64,000 nucleotides of DNA, taken from the human T2T-CHM13v2.0 reference genome, Homo sapiens. Each line of letters opens with the position of its first letter. Position 1 is the first letter of the stretch. Shown piece after piece: positions 52,323 to 64,000 of this stretch. The stretch lies in the NCBI RefSeq assembly GCF_009914755.1, contig NC_060940.1. One strand, given 5' to 3'. The notes under the pieces were generated by a model that was not told the DNA's origin, did not search any database, and saw only the letters and a list, made by a program, of their open reading frames with translations. Made by a program: the position numbers and the translations under genes.

Positions 52323-53339
52323 ATTTCATTTATTCATACATGATTTTCTTATAAAATAATATCCTGCTGAAACCAGGCTCCTCTGTTTATAGATAAGAAA
52401 ACGGAGGAAAGTAGAAGAAAGAATAGAATTTACTTTTACTTTTCATTACAAAACCATTTTTGAAACACTGTGCTAGGCACATTATATTCAGGCTCTTAAT
52501 GCACTGCTGGTCCTCGTGTTTTGCATAAAGAAAGCCTGGAGAGCTTGGAGAGTTTCAGAGGAATCTGAAATAAAAATCGGTCTGTCTTGGCCCAAAATCA
52601 ATCTGAGAGAGGTGAAGTGAGCTGAGATCTATGCCTCCTAACTTCCAGCCTTAGGTTGGTGCCTTCACATAATTTTGTAGCAGAGAAAAGAGCAGCCTGT
52701 GCTCCCACCCTCCCACCCTGTGCCTGCTAACCATCCTACTTGGATACATTGCTTCAATCTGTACCCCATTGTGAAGCCATGTCATTAACGAGACACCAGG
52801 AACAAACAGAAATTGTTCTTTCTCATGTGGCTCTGCTGCAAGCTGCCTAATTGGGATTTATGGGTGCCCATGATAAAATTTCTGCATAATAAAATCCTGA
52901 GGTTTCTCTTGAACAAACAAAGCTTCAGTGACTGAATAGATGGGTCAAACATGCATCCAACTGCAAGTGTGTGTGTGTTGGGGGCAGGAGAGAAAGGTTG
53001 TTTACACAAATTAGACCAATATGAAAGTCTACAGCTTTAAATAATGTCTGTTTTTGCCAATTCAGACCTGAAGTGGATTTTCTTCAAGCTTTTCACCCAG
53101 TATCCTTGAAGAGCCATTCACCATGTCTGGACCTTTGCGGTTTGTCTTCCTCAGTATCATCCTCACCTCTGATTCCTGAGTCTGATATATCAACTTGTGA
53201 GCCCAGCACAAATGGCATAATCCCAGTTGGATACCATCATTTTCTCTTCTTCAGTGAGGATGATAAGCAGCAACAACAATGATAATAATAAGCAGCAGCA
53301 ACAATGAGGATTGTGACTCATCATCTTTGACTAGTGCCA

Positions 53340-53530
53340 AATAGGTAGGAGAAAGCCTTTTATTAATTAATCCTCATATCATCCAACTACAAGTAAGGCA
53401 AGGAGAAATGATCATCCAACTACAAGTAAGGTAATGAGAAATGATCTTCCTTTGTAAATGAGAAAAGTAATGCTCAGAGAGTGGAAGTAACTTGCCCAAG
53501 GCCAGGGAGCGAAAGCATAGCAGATCCAGT
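53340..53530 (-). mobile_element. MIR containing a 33-bp tandem duplication
   Basis: ttaatcctca...gctcagagagtggaagtaacttgcccaaggcca. Confidence 0.75.
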
Positions 53531-53819
53531 GTGTGTATGCCATTGTTTTCTGTAAGAAGTCTTTCACCATCACTTAAGATCTTTAACCAAATCCATTTAT
53601 TAAAATGCTTGATTTAATTAGATATTGACAGAAACAACATAAACTATTAAATAGGGTATCTAGAAAGCCTCGAGGAAGAGAAAGCACATGAGCTTGGTTT
53701 GATCACCAAGGAGAATTTCTGTGAGTGACGCTGTGGAGACATTGGAAATGATGATTAAAGACATGAATATGCTTGACACATATAGAGAAGCCTGTGTTGC
53801 TGGAGTTTATAATATTATT

Positions 53820-54960
53820 GTTATCCTCACCCCAAACCAGATTTCCTGGTCTATGGATGTCACAACCATCAGCCTTGTTGTTCAGACCAAAACTTTAGGA
53901 GTCATTCTCAATTTATCTTTTTTTCTTTCGAGCCTATATTTAAACCATTGCCACCCACCAGAAATCCACTGATGAACCTACAATCATTTCTGGCTTCCAA
54001 GAGTGTGCAGCCTCCTGACAGTCTCCCTCTTCTGCCTTCACCACCTTGCCTCACACTTTGCCCTCCGTAGGGTTGTGGGGTAAGGTTTCTAACAGGTAAC
54101 CGAGACAACGCTACCCTCTTCCTTAAAACCCTCCAATATAATTGAAGGTATTATGTAAATTTTGTTCATTTTAGGTGTAACAGTGGCATTAAAGTTATGC
54201 TTTAAAAAGAGTTGTTGTATTTAGAATACTGAAAGTAGGAATATTTAGAGATGACATTTTATAATATCTGGTATTTTCTTCAGAAGAGGTGGAAAAAGTG
54301 GATGCGGATATGAATATACAAATCTGTTTGCCAAAAGCTCAGGTGATTAATGACATTAACACAAGGCAACTTATTATGCTAGTTTATCAACTCATATTTG
54401 AAGTTGTTTATTTAAAAAATAAAAAAATAAATAAACTGGTGGACTTCCACTGAAAGCTGAATACAACACAAATTCCCACCCATAGCCTACAAAACGGTGT
54501 GTGATCTGGCCCATGCCTGCGGCTTGATGCTTCTTTCTCCCCATTGTTCCCTCTGTTCCTGATTCACTGACCTTTCTGGACTTTGAAAATGCCAAGCTCT
54601 TCCTATCTCAAGAGCTTTGAACCCACTCATTCTTCTGTTTGGCATTTCTTTCTCTTAACCTTGAGGTGTCCATTTCCTCTCAAATGAGGTCTCACCTCAA
54701 AGCAACCTCCATAGAGAGACCTTCTCTGATCACTGCAGAAAAATTATACAGCACACTCTCTCCACTCTCCACCATATTGTTCTGCTTTATCTTCTTAGCA
54801 TTTTAAAGCTATTCATCTGTTTCTTTACATGTTTTTTAGTCTACTCTATTACAATGTGACTCCCTTAAAGTCAGGGAATTCTATCTTGTTCATTCAGGTT
54901 ATTCAGTATTAAAAGACTTGTTGGGGATTAGTAGTCATTCAGAACATACTGGCTGACAAT
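53820..54960 (+). mobile_element. L2 remnant, interrupted by an old L1M 3' piece (about 54140-54435)
   Basis: ttcagaccaaaactttaggagtcattct...cttaaaaccctccaa, resuming ...tgatctggccc...ctcaaatg...agagagaccttctctga. Confidence 0.7.
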
Positions 54961-55315
54961 TTGCAGTTCACTTACAGTGGTGCTCTAACTTCACAAATCC
55001 CAGTGAACTGTATTTATTGTCCTTACAATGACCAGACAGTGTCACTGGCATTTAGAGCCCAAGGAGTCATAGATACCAAAAGTCTTGCCAAGCGTGGAGC
55101 ACTGTCCCATCCAATGAAGAATTGTCCTGCCCCGAATTCCGATAATTCCATTTTAAAAACCTGGGCTACAGAATGGCATTTAGGGATGCTGATGTTGGCA
55201 GAAACTTGACATTACAGGGAGTCGTGTGGAATAAAGCACTAGAGAAAAATCAGGATTAGACCAGGACAGGCCTTCTGAACACCATCATAAGGAATTTGAA
55301 ATTTATTTTGGAAGT

Positions 55316-55900
55316 TGTATTCATTTTCCATTGCTGCCATAATACATGACCATAAAGTTAGTGGCTTAAAATAACGCAAATGTGTAATCCCATAGATCTG
55401 TAGGTCAGAAGTCCAGGTGGACCCATTTGAGTCCTCTGTACAGGGTCTTGCATGACCAAAATCAGGCCATGCTCTTATCTAGAGGCTCTGGAGAATTCAT
55501 TTCCAAGCTCCAGAGGTTGTTGACTGAATTTGGCTCTTTGAGCCTATAAAACTTAGTTCTGTTTCCTTGGTGACATCAACGAGGGGCCTGACTTTGCTCT
55601 TAGGTGCTGCCCACAAACTTGGTCGTGCTCTCCAAGCAACAGAAGGTGGAGTCGCTCTCGTGCTTTGAATCTCTCTGGCTTCTGCCACAACACTAACTCC
55701 AGCTAGAGAAAGTTCTCTGCTTTTAAAGACCTGCATAATTAGTTTGGGGCCACCTGGATAATCCAGGTTATTTTCACTGCTTTAAAGTTTGTAACCTTAA
55801 CTAAATCAGCAATGTCCTTTGTTCTGTTTAACGTAACACAGTCACAGGTTTCAAGAATGAAGGACTGGGACACCTTTGGGCAGCCATTCTGCCTACTGTA
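55316..55900 (-). mobile_element. MLT1E-like MaLR LTR inserted in L2
   Basis: tgtattcattttccattgctgcc...ttagtggcttaaaa...gtaggtcagaagtcc...cacctggataatccag...ccattctgcctac. TSD gaagt/ggagt. Confidence 0.85.
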
Positions 55901-56431
55901 GGAGTCACTGAATGTTCTAAAAGAGCTAAAACACATTGCCTAAATCCATTTAAATAAGTTTTTATTTCTCTGTGGGTATTTGTTAGCAATAGGCTTCCTA
56001 CTCCTCTAGGAACTATGGCAGTGAAGCCTGCAGGGACTCTGCTGGGAAAGCCATTATAAACCAGCAGCTGAATGTCAATCCAAGTGATACTGTAGCCCCA
56101 GCTCCAAATAGATAAAGCAGAGAAAGAGGGAGTGTGTCTCCTTCCACAAACAGTGGGTCTCAGCTGTGTCACCATTTCTGGGAATTTATGAGTAAAGCAC
56201 ATGCCAGGGGGCATGGAGAGCTTCTCTCCCAGAAGCAGATGCTGCTGATCCCCACAAAGAAGCCACCTCACTCTTCAGTCCTCCCAGATACTGCCTGCCA
56301 GATGGCCACAGCTGAATTCACAGCTGAGTAGATGTCTGCTGTTGGCACCAAATACGCTTCTTTGGGACTGGTTAAGGACCTGAGGTTGTATGGTGGGGCT
56401 TCAAATACACACAAAGAATAAAAGCACTCGG

Positions 56432-56655
56432 GGAGTGCCAGGCACTGTGCTAAGCACTTTGCAGGTGTTAACTCAACCTTCACAATATTATCATGTGGAT
56501 GGTGTTATTCTCATGCTCATTTTATACAGGGAGGGACCAAGGCTTAGAAAGGTTGAGTAGCTTACCAAAGGTCATAGAACCAGCAACCTGCAGAACTTGT
56601 GTTTGAACAGAAGCAGTTCTTTCTCCTGAGTCTGTGATTTTAGACACTGCACTAG
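56432..56655 (-). mobile_element. MIR
   Basis: gtgccaggcactgtgctaagcacttt...ggcttagaaaggttgagtagcttaccaaaggtca. Confidence 0.8.
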
Positions 56656-58244
56656 CTGATGCTGCACGCATCTCATGTCAAGAAATTTTTAGCCTTCTTC
56701 TCCAGTCTGCATAGCATCCAATCTCATTTTGCACCAGCTCAGATATGCCCAAATCTGAGCAGTTGCCAGCTGATGTACTACCCTCATTTACAGATCAGTG
56801 ACCCAGAATATTTCCCTCCTATGGCATGGCATGTAAAGCTGGTGAGTGGAAAATTGAAGCTGATGCCAAAAAGGATGTATATAGCCAAGGTAACATGGAG
56901 AATTGAAGCTAAATGTAGAATGGAGCCAGACGAGGGTGCAAAGTGAGAGAAAGTAATGTCTGACTCTAGACTCACCCTAGGAATTGTGAGTAGCCAGTAT
57001 GAAGTTGTGCATACAGAGGAGATACTGTCATCCGGAGATACTGTGAACAAATACTATATGGGTTTTTTATTGTGTGCTGGGGACTAAATTATGCCCATTA
57101 CACAGATTCTATCATTTGTATAAGAAAACTTATACCTGGTTTATAGATGGAGAGCCTAAGAGTGAATGACTTATCCTGCTCCAGGCATCACAGCAGTTAA
57201 AAAGTAACTCTGAGATTTGAAACCAGAAACTCAGACATTATCAATGATCTAAGTGCCAAGGAGCCTATTTTGTGTTCCAAAATGTCACAGGACATTTCAC
57301 ATTTAGTTCTAAGGGTGCTAGATTGACTCAGAGGGGAAATACAGTCTATTTTGGCACCACGTTGAAATTAGCCTGAGTCCGGTGAGAGTATGCATCATAA
57401 AATGATGCCCACAGGTTAAGGGCAGTCCATGTTTACACCAGACATGGGATACATTTTATAAATGATTATTGATTGAATAGAATGAATCAAATTAAGAAAA
57501 GTAAAGACATTAGAGAGAGGATAAGACCTATTGTTCAACTGCCAAATCAGAAAAAGAGAAAGTTATGATAACATATGGTACCTAGTGCAGAGTGAATGAT
57601 GAGGATAGATTACGAGATTAAGTTAAGCCAAGTCCAAGGTGTTCTTAGATGGATTCATTTAGGAGTGAAATGTGGCTGCAACTTGGATCACTCCTCCCAC
57701 TTACTATCAGACGTTTACTGCAGGTGCCAGTCTGGTAACATGAAAGTATCAACCTTGGATGGACCCTATAACCATCAACTATCAGGTCAGGTCAGGGGCA
57801 TGTGCACAGATGTGAAAGGAACAGAACACTCATGTCTTTCCTTGAAAGCTAGTGATTAACGTGGTGTGTATATTACAGGGCACACCAGGTACATGACAGT
57901 TATTGCCAACAGAAGAAAATTCTAAAGAAATCTACCATCATTATAATTAAGAAATACGAGCTCTTCCCCTATATACTCTGGGCACTGAATTTGTACAAAT
58001 ACTGGCAAATGGAAGGCACATGTATGGAATTTCTTACCTGAAAAAAAAAAATAGAGATAATGCATGATATCCACAGAGCTGTGATAGTTACATAAAATAC
58101 ACTTAGGAACATGCCTGATATGAAGGAAGTAGGATGCATATAGTTTGAATGAATTAATAAAGCACATGAGTATCTCCAAAGAAACATAGTAGGGTTGAAT
58201 TAAAATTGGGTTTCTTCTCTCTTTTTCATGTTCAAATGGCCCCC

Positions 58245-58767
58245 TGTTCCAGTTACTTCAACTACCTCGGGAAGCTTAGCAGCACAGAACAACAATTTTT
58301 TATAATCTTTGGTATGTGATTCACAGACTTGGATGGGTCACTGCTGGAATGGGTTGTTTCTGCTCAACAGTATCTAGAACCTTGGAAGCCAGGGGCTGGA
58401 CTCATCTAGAGGTTCCATAAACCACTCATCTAGCACTTAATGCTGGCTGTAGCTTGAGAATCTAGAAGAGATTACCAGTCTGACCACCTACACGTAGACT
58501 CTTCATGTGACCTGAGCTTCCTTACAATATGGTGGTTGCATTGCATAGGCTAGCATCCTGAGAGACAGAGAGACAAGCTGAAGCTGTATTATAACTTTAC
58601 TTCAGAGTCACATAACTTACTCCGTTGGTCAGAGCAGTCACTTCTCACTCAGATTCCAGGAAAAAAGAAATAGCTCCACCTCTTGAAGCAGGGTGGCAAG
58701 GCTCTGGAAGAGCATAAGAGACAGAAAATATTACTGTGGCCACTTTTGGAGAATATAATCTGCCACA
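58245..58767 (-). mobile_element. MLT1G/H-like MaLR LTR
   Basis: ggggctggactcatct...cacctacacgt...gagcttccttacaatatgg...tttggagaatataatctgccaca. Confidence 0.75.
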
Positions 58768-59634
58768 CTTTCTGACATCCAAATCCCTATCAATACAATC
58801 CATCTATATTTTACAAAAAGAAGCTAGGAAAATAACTTTTTTTACATTAATCTCTTACCAGTATTCCAGCACATCTAAATTTTGAAAATATTATGTTTTG
58901 AGATTTTAAAGAGAGATTGGATTAGAAATAGGTCTACATTGATTCCAATTTCAATGTCATATGCAAGCCTAACCTTAAAAATTAGAAAATAAAAGAGCGG
59001 ATTTTTATTAAGCAAGTGTGATAAATCCTCAATGAATCACTAAGGTTTTTTGCATGATATGCATTTCCTCATTCTCCCTTGTGTTTGGAAATTTGCAACT
59101 ATGTTTTTCTTTCTAATTCAAACATAACTCTTAAAGAAAATATGTAACTGGCCTCTCTTTGGCCCAGTTTCCTCATCTGTAAAATGAAAAAGATAAGCAA
59201 TTCACAAAGTGCACTCATTGGCATGCTACTTAGGATAACATAGAAAAAGGTCTTTTGTTTGAGTAATTTGAGTACGACAGATTTTTTTGTTGTTGTTGTA
59301 GGATTTCTAAGATGCTTGAAGATTTCCCTCAAACCCTTTTTGACCATAGACTTTGTTTGCAAGATCACTTTAAGGGACTGAAAATCCCTGGACCAAACTT
59401 TGAAACATACAGGGATAGGCAAGCCATTCTTAATTTGTGTTTCTGTAGGACACAGTGTTCAATATAAACAAGAATGGTAATCATTCCCCCAAAGGACAGA
59501 GAGGAACAAATGAAGAGAATTTACTCAATTTTACATGTTAGTCTCCTTATTGATTTCTAATTGTTTTGGCACCTGTTACGTCTTCCTCTTTTAAAATCAA
59601 TTTTGAGGTGGCGTTTTCCCAACCTTGCTTCCTA

Positions 59635-59860
59635 GTAATAACAGTTACTATTTTTTTTATCTCAAGCCCTTATTACGGTTCAGCAACAATTTGAACATGT
59701 TCCATGTATTCTTCATTGAATTCTCCTAAAGACTCTAAAAATTAGACGTATTACTATCCCCATCGTATTTCCAGATGATGAAACTGAGGCTTAGAGATAT
59801 TAAGGAACTCGTCAAAGGTCACAGATAAAGGGTAGAGAAAGATTTGGAATCAGATCTTGA
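59635..59860 (-). mobile_element. MIR
   Basis: cagatgatgaaactgaggcttagagatattaagg...aaggtcacag. Confidence 0.8.
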
Positions 59861-60471
59861 GAAGTGCAATGAATTATGCTAATAATTATGCAATTTTGCC
59901 TTTTTGTCACACAGCTACCACTGCAAAAATAATGGGCCAGCGCAGTCTACAGATTACTCACATTATTATAATAATAACTAATCCCATGTTCCAGCTCACC
60001 TAGCTCTCCAATTCCTTACCTATTTCCAGACTTCTCAGACTGTTGCCCTCTGAGCTGGATGCTACTGCGGCTGCCACTGCTATTACTACTGATAATGGTG
60101 ATAGCTTATTTTATTATTTATTATTTTACTGCAATCAATTTATTATTTATTTTTATTATGGTGTTGTTGGCTCTAAAACCTGACTTTTGATGCCACTTTT
60201 CTAGCTTCAGTTCTGGCTTCCTTTCTCATAGAATTTAAACTTAAAATATAGCATTTTGCAGCTCTAAAACCACATCTGATCCACCCCAGCCACAGGACAC
60301 TTCCTCTCGGTGCTGGCTGTCCATGAAGTTGTCGTTGTTTCGGTCCAATGTAGCCTACAAACACCATTTGTGTTCCAAACCCCCTAGGGGCTCCTGTATC
60401 GTGTTGCACGCAGCACACCATGACATTAATTCACACTGCCATGGAAGCAAGATTGAGAGTCAGGGCTAAGT

Positions 60472-61095
60472 GATTTACTCAACAAGTATTTGTTGAACAT
60501 CTTCTGTATAATGAGCACTGTGCTGGGAATACAGGGTGAGCAATGAAACCGGCAGTCTAGCAGGGGAGACCAGTGTCAGCGCCATACCCATGCAAGTGGG
60601 TTTATAAATACAACTGAGAAAAACAGCCTGAAATAAAGGAACAGGCATCCATGAGCCTGTAAACCAAAGGAACCTGATTTTCTTTAGTGGGAGAGAGAAA
60701 TCTTGTTTGAGAGAAGGATCCTATGGTTGACATCTGAAGGACAAGTCAAGGTGGAATTATGCAACATGCCAAAGGAGGGAAAAGGGTCAGCAAGAGCAAG
60801 GACCCAAGGGTGCATTGAAGCTCAGACTCTGGGGAGTAGACGCTGAGTAGTGTAGCTAACAGAAAATAACATGATCTGATTCATACCTCTCTTTCCATTT
60901 AGATTCACATAGGCTAAGAACAGGATCTTACTATGAAAACAGTTGGGTGCCACTGGAAGTCCCAAGCGGAAAAATGAAATGAACTAAATTGCATTTTAAA
61001 AAATCACTTTGGCTGCAACTTCAGGAGAGAATTGGAGGGAGCCAGGGTAGATCTGAGGAGACTAAATGCAGTGCAATAGAAGGCTATTGACAACA
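60472..61095 (-). mobile_element. L2 3' region
   Basis: tcaacaagtatttgttgaac...gcactgtgctgggaatacag...atcactttggctgc. Confidence 0.7.
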
Positions 61096-62149
61096 GATCT
61101 CTAAGGGTTTTTTTCTGCTTTTATATTAGATGATTTCATGTTTATCCAGCAGAAATGGTAGACATTATTGGCCTGCATTTATTTGAAATGAAAACTAATT
61201 TATATTGCATTGTTATACGACTGCTCAGTAGATGTATCTTATTTGAAAATGTGTATCCTATTTCTACCCTGTAAAACTCTTTCTACAGTTAGGGCACATT
61301 TCATTGATTACAATTGTTAAAGACGAAGCTAAACCGATGAATTTTTTTTTAAAGTCAAAGATGTGTACATGTGTGTATCCTAGTTTGTAAAATAGAAACG
61401 TCCTTGAAGCGAAGTGGAGTGGACAGGAGAGAAATACACATTTTTGGAGGCATTTATTCACTAAATAAGTATTTGTTGAGACTATTTATTAAACACCTAC
61501 TGCATGTTCAGCACTCCCTCACCCTCTGGGATATAATAGAAAGACGAAATGAAACAAATTAGGCCTCTCCCTATTTCTTTCTGTCTTTGCCTGCCTCCCT
61601 CGCTCTCTCTCCCATTTTCTTTCCTTCTTCAAAATTTAAATTTGTTAAAAAGAATGCAGGGTTTTCCAGGCACAGATATATGACTTTTAATTCCAGCTGT
61701 GACTTTTAATTCCTTGAACACGTTACCTTTCTGATACTGAGGTTCCTTATTTGTAATTCAAGGAGAATAATATCTAAGAGTGTTTGGTCTGAGCATCTTC
61801 TAAGGACTGAGATAACATGTTCCAATCATCTAATACAGTATCTGGTACATATTTTCAAACTTAATATAAAACTCAGGCTCCCAAATTTAGATTATACCAT
61901 AAAAGATTTTACACTCATATTCATATTTGATAATAATTTTACTGACTCCACAAAAAAACACTACACCCTTTACTTATCAGTTTTGGATATTTTAATACTT
62001 TAAAAACATTTATATCTGGCCAAACCATTTTAAATTATGATTCTAAGTGATGATGCAAAATACTTTAAGTTATACCAATATTGTGCTATTTTCTTCTTTG
62101 TAATCTTGAAGACTATAAAAAGTAAATGCATATAAACACATGTGAAAGC

Positions 62150-62247
62150 ATGTATATAAATATATATAGATATATAATATACAGACACAATTGTGTCTAC
62201 ATATAGACAGAAATACACACACACACACACACACACTCACACACACC
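62150..62247. repeat. (TA)/(CA)n microsatellite
   Basis: Seen directly; (CA)n core at about 62215-62247. Confidence 0.92.
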
Positions 62248-63983
62248 AGCAATGTGGGAAATGCCTTTGATATTTCCAGTGGTTTACACTTTGAATGTAC
62301 AGTATTATCGAAGGATTGAAGTAATTTCTGAAGCCTTGAAATAGTGATGCTGCTGTCAATTTAATCCCCACTTTATCCACTACTTCTGCCCCAGGCTTTA
62401 AAATACAGCATTGTTCATGGGTAATTTCCCACTACTTCCTGCTGCTAACAAAATGGATACTTTCTTTAAACTAGAAAACACACTGTCTGGCATTACTCAC
62501 TTCAATTGGCAATGGGTTTCATATGATCAAAGTCACAGCCTGCGGACAGACAGCTCCTATCCCTTTGAAACAAATCTCAGTGGTCTCTAATTCACAGGTT
62601 TGTATCTACCAAGATGTAAATATTTACCTTTCCCTAGAGTAGCAAGTACAGTAAGTGCCTAAATATAAGTCGATCTTCTGTTTTCTCAATATGGAATTTT
62701 TTTTTAAACTCTATCATCAGCCTAATTTATTAAATTTATAAATTTAGTTGTAGACTCTTTTATCATTCAAATGAAACATCAAACTTTTTTCATCCTTGGG
62801 ATAAATGTCTTTGGGTCATTTAACACTGTTCTCCAAAGCACACCATTTTCACTTCCATCGAAGGTACCTAAGTGAGAGAGGCTTTGAATCCTATACAATG
62901 ATGCCACTCTCCAAATTAACCACTCTTACAATAAGCTCTACTGTTTTCTATGCTTCTCCATTCATCTTGTAAGCACAACTTTGTGACCTCCACAATGTAA
63001 GTATTTTATTTTAAAAGTCATCTTTAAAAGGCTTGTTTACAACATCATCTAAACTTGCAGTTTTGAGGTCAGAGCCCCAGTAATAATTATTAAATTGTGT
63101 TACATTTCCTTGTATTTTTTTTGTTTGTTTTTTCACTGATTCTGCCACTGACCTCTTTAAGCAATCCAAACTAGTATTGATTGAGGTCCTCTCAGGCTAA
63201 TGTGCAGTACTTTGTTCAAGATACAGTCATTGAGAAAGTGCTTTGTAATGTGAGATCTTTTATTTACACTGAAAAATATGAATATTTTCCAGTTGGGTTG
63301 ATGTGTACTGGCGGAAAAGCCTTAACTTCCTATGTAGACATTTATGGTTCATTGTATAAATGTCATAATGCTCTCCTGTGCTTTTAACAAGCAATTTCTT
63401 TGTAATACTTTATGGCATTCTTTTGTGCTGAGGCCAGCCTCTGTCTTTTGCAACTCTGCTTTATAAACAACCTCTTTTGTAAACCATTCTGTGACTTGCT
63501 GAAGTGCACATAGTCATCTGTGTAGTACTCGCTATTTTTCAAGAATTGAAATTAAGGCTTCTCATTTATTTTTCAAATCTCACTAGACACTCACAACTAT
63601 TTGTTGTGACATTTCTATTCTCTCCACATTGCAGATGAGAAAAATTAATCCTCAGATATATCAGGTAACCTGTCAAATATCACAGACTCAATCAGTAACA
63701 CTTGAGCCTCAACCTCGGATCTATCTGATTCCAGAATTTTACCTGTTTATCTGAATATAGTGTATACAAGTGGTCCTATCATGTTTATAGAAGAAGCAGT
63801 TTTAGATATTTCTTAGAAAGAGAAAGATTGTTTTGTAGCTTGGAATAGTATAACTCAATTGTCCTCTGTTTCTGTTTTTCAAAAACCAAAGAAGGATGGC
63901 CCCACAATTTCACTTTAGGTGTTGAAATCAGAGAAATAAAAACATATGTTGACACAAAAACATACATACAGGCTCTTGGCAGC

Positions 63984-64000
63984 TAATATGGTTTGACTGT
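63984..64000 (+). mobile_element. Start of a THE1/MST-type LTR cut by the window edge
   Basis: taatatggtttgactgt resembles the MaLR start tgatatggtttggctgt; only 17 bp visible. Confidence 0.5.

Noticed and set aside
44826-56271. Longer ORFs at 44826-45197, 50896-51318 and 55828-56271
   Set aside because: No domain similarity, coding-like composition or consistent splice signals. Lengths are within chance for 64 kb.
60170-60271. 11-bp direct repeat gctctaaaacc flanking about 80 bp
   Set aside because: The interior has no poly(A) or recognisable RNA/SINE identity; likely chance.

Overview
AT-rich primate genomic DNA, most likely human or great ape given the AluY, L1PA, MER52 and MST copies. 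The window looks intergenic or deep-intronic. I can support no intact protein-coding gene, RNA gene or CRISPR array. The ORFs in the track that I can recognise are decayed LINE-1 ORF2 pieces, Alu or LTR read-through, or microsatellite translations; the rest are short and unrecognised. A large part of the window is transposon fossils: L1PA5/7/8A/13/16, L1PB, L1MA/MC/MD/ME, Alu, MaLR LTRs (MSTB, MLT1), MER52, MIR, L2 and MER5/hAT. I found no evidence for a new biological system. The best-supported observations are: (i) nested insertions with intact target-site duplications; (ii) three L1 copies of very different ages with twin-priming inversion geometry; (iii) two short dispersed local duplications about 1.1 and 1.5 kb from their partner copies, consistent with templated insertion; (iv) a recursive-splice-site-like motif (T11-CAG|GTAAGA) on the minus strand; (v) repeat-free, motif-dense segments that may be conserved enhancers. 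Subfamily names come from recalled consensus sequences and need RepeatMasker/Dfam confirmation. Boundaries of old repeats are approximate.
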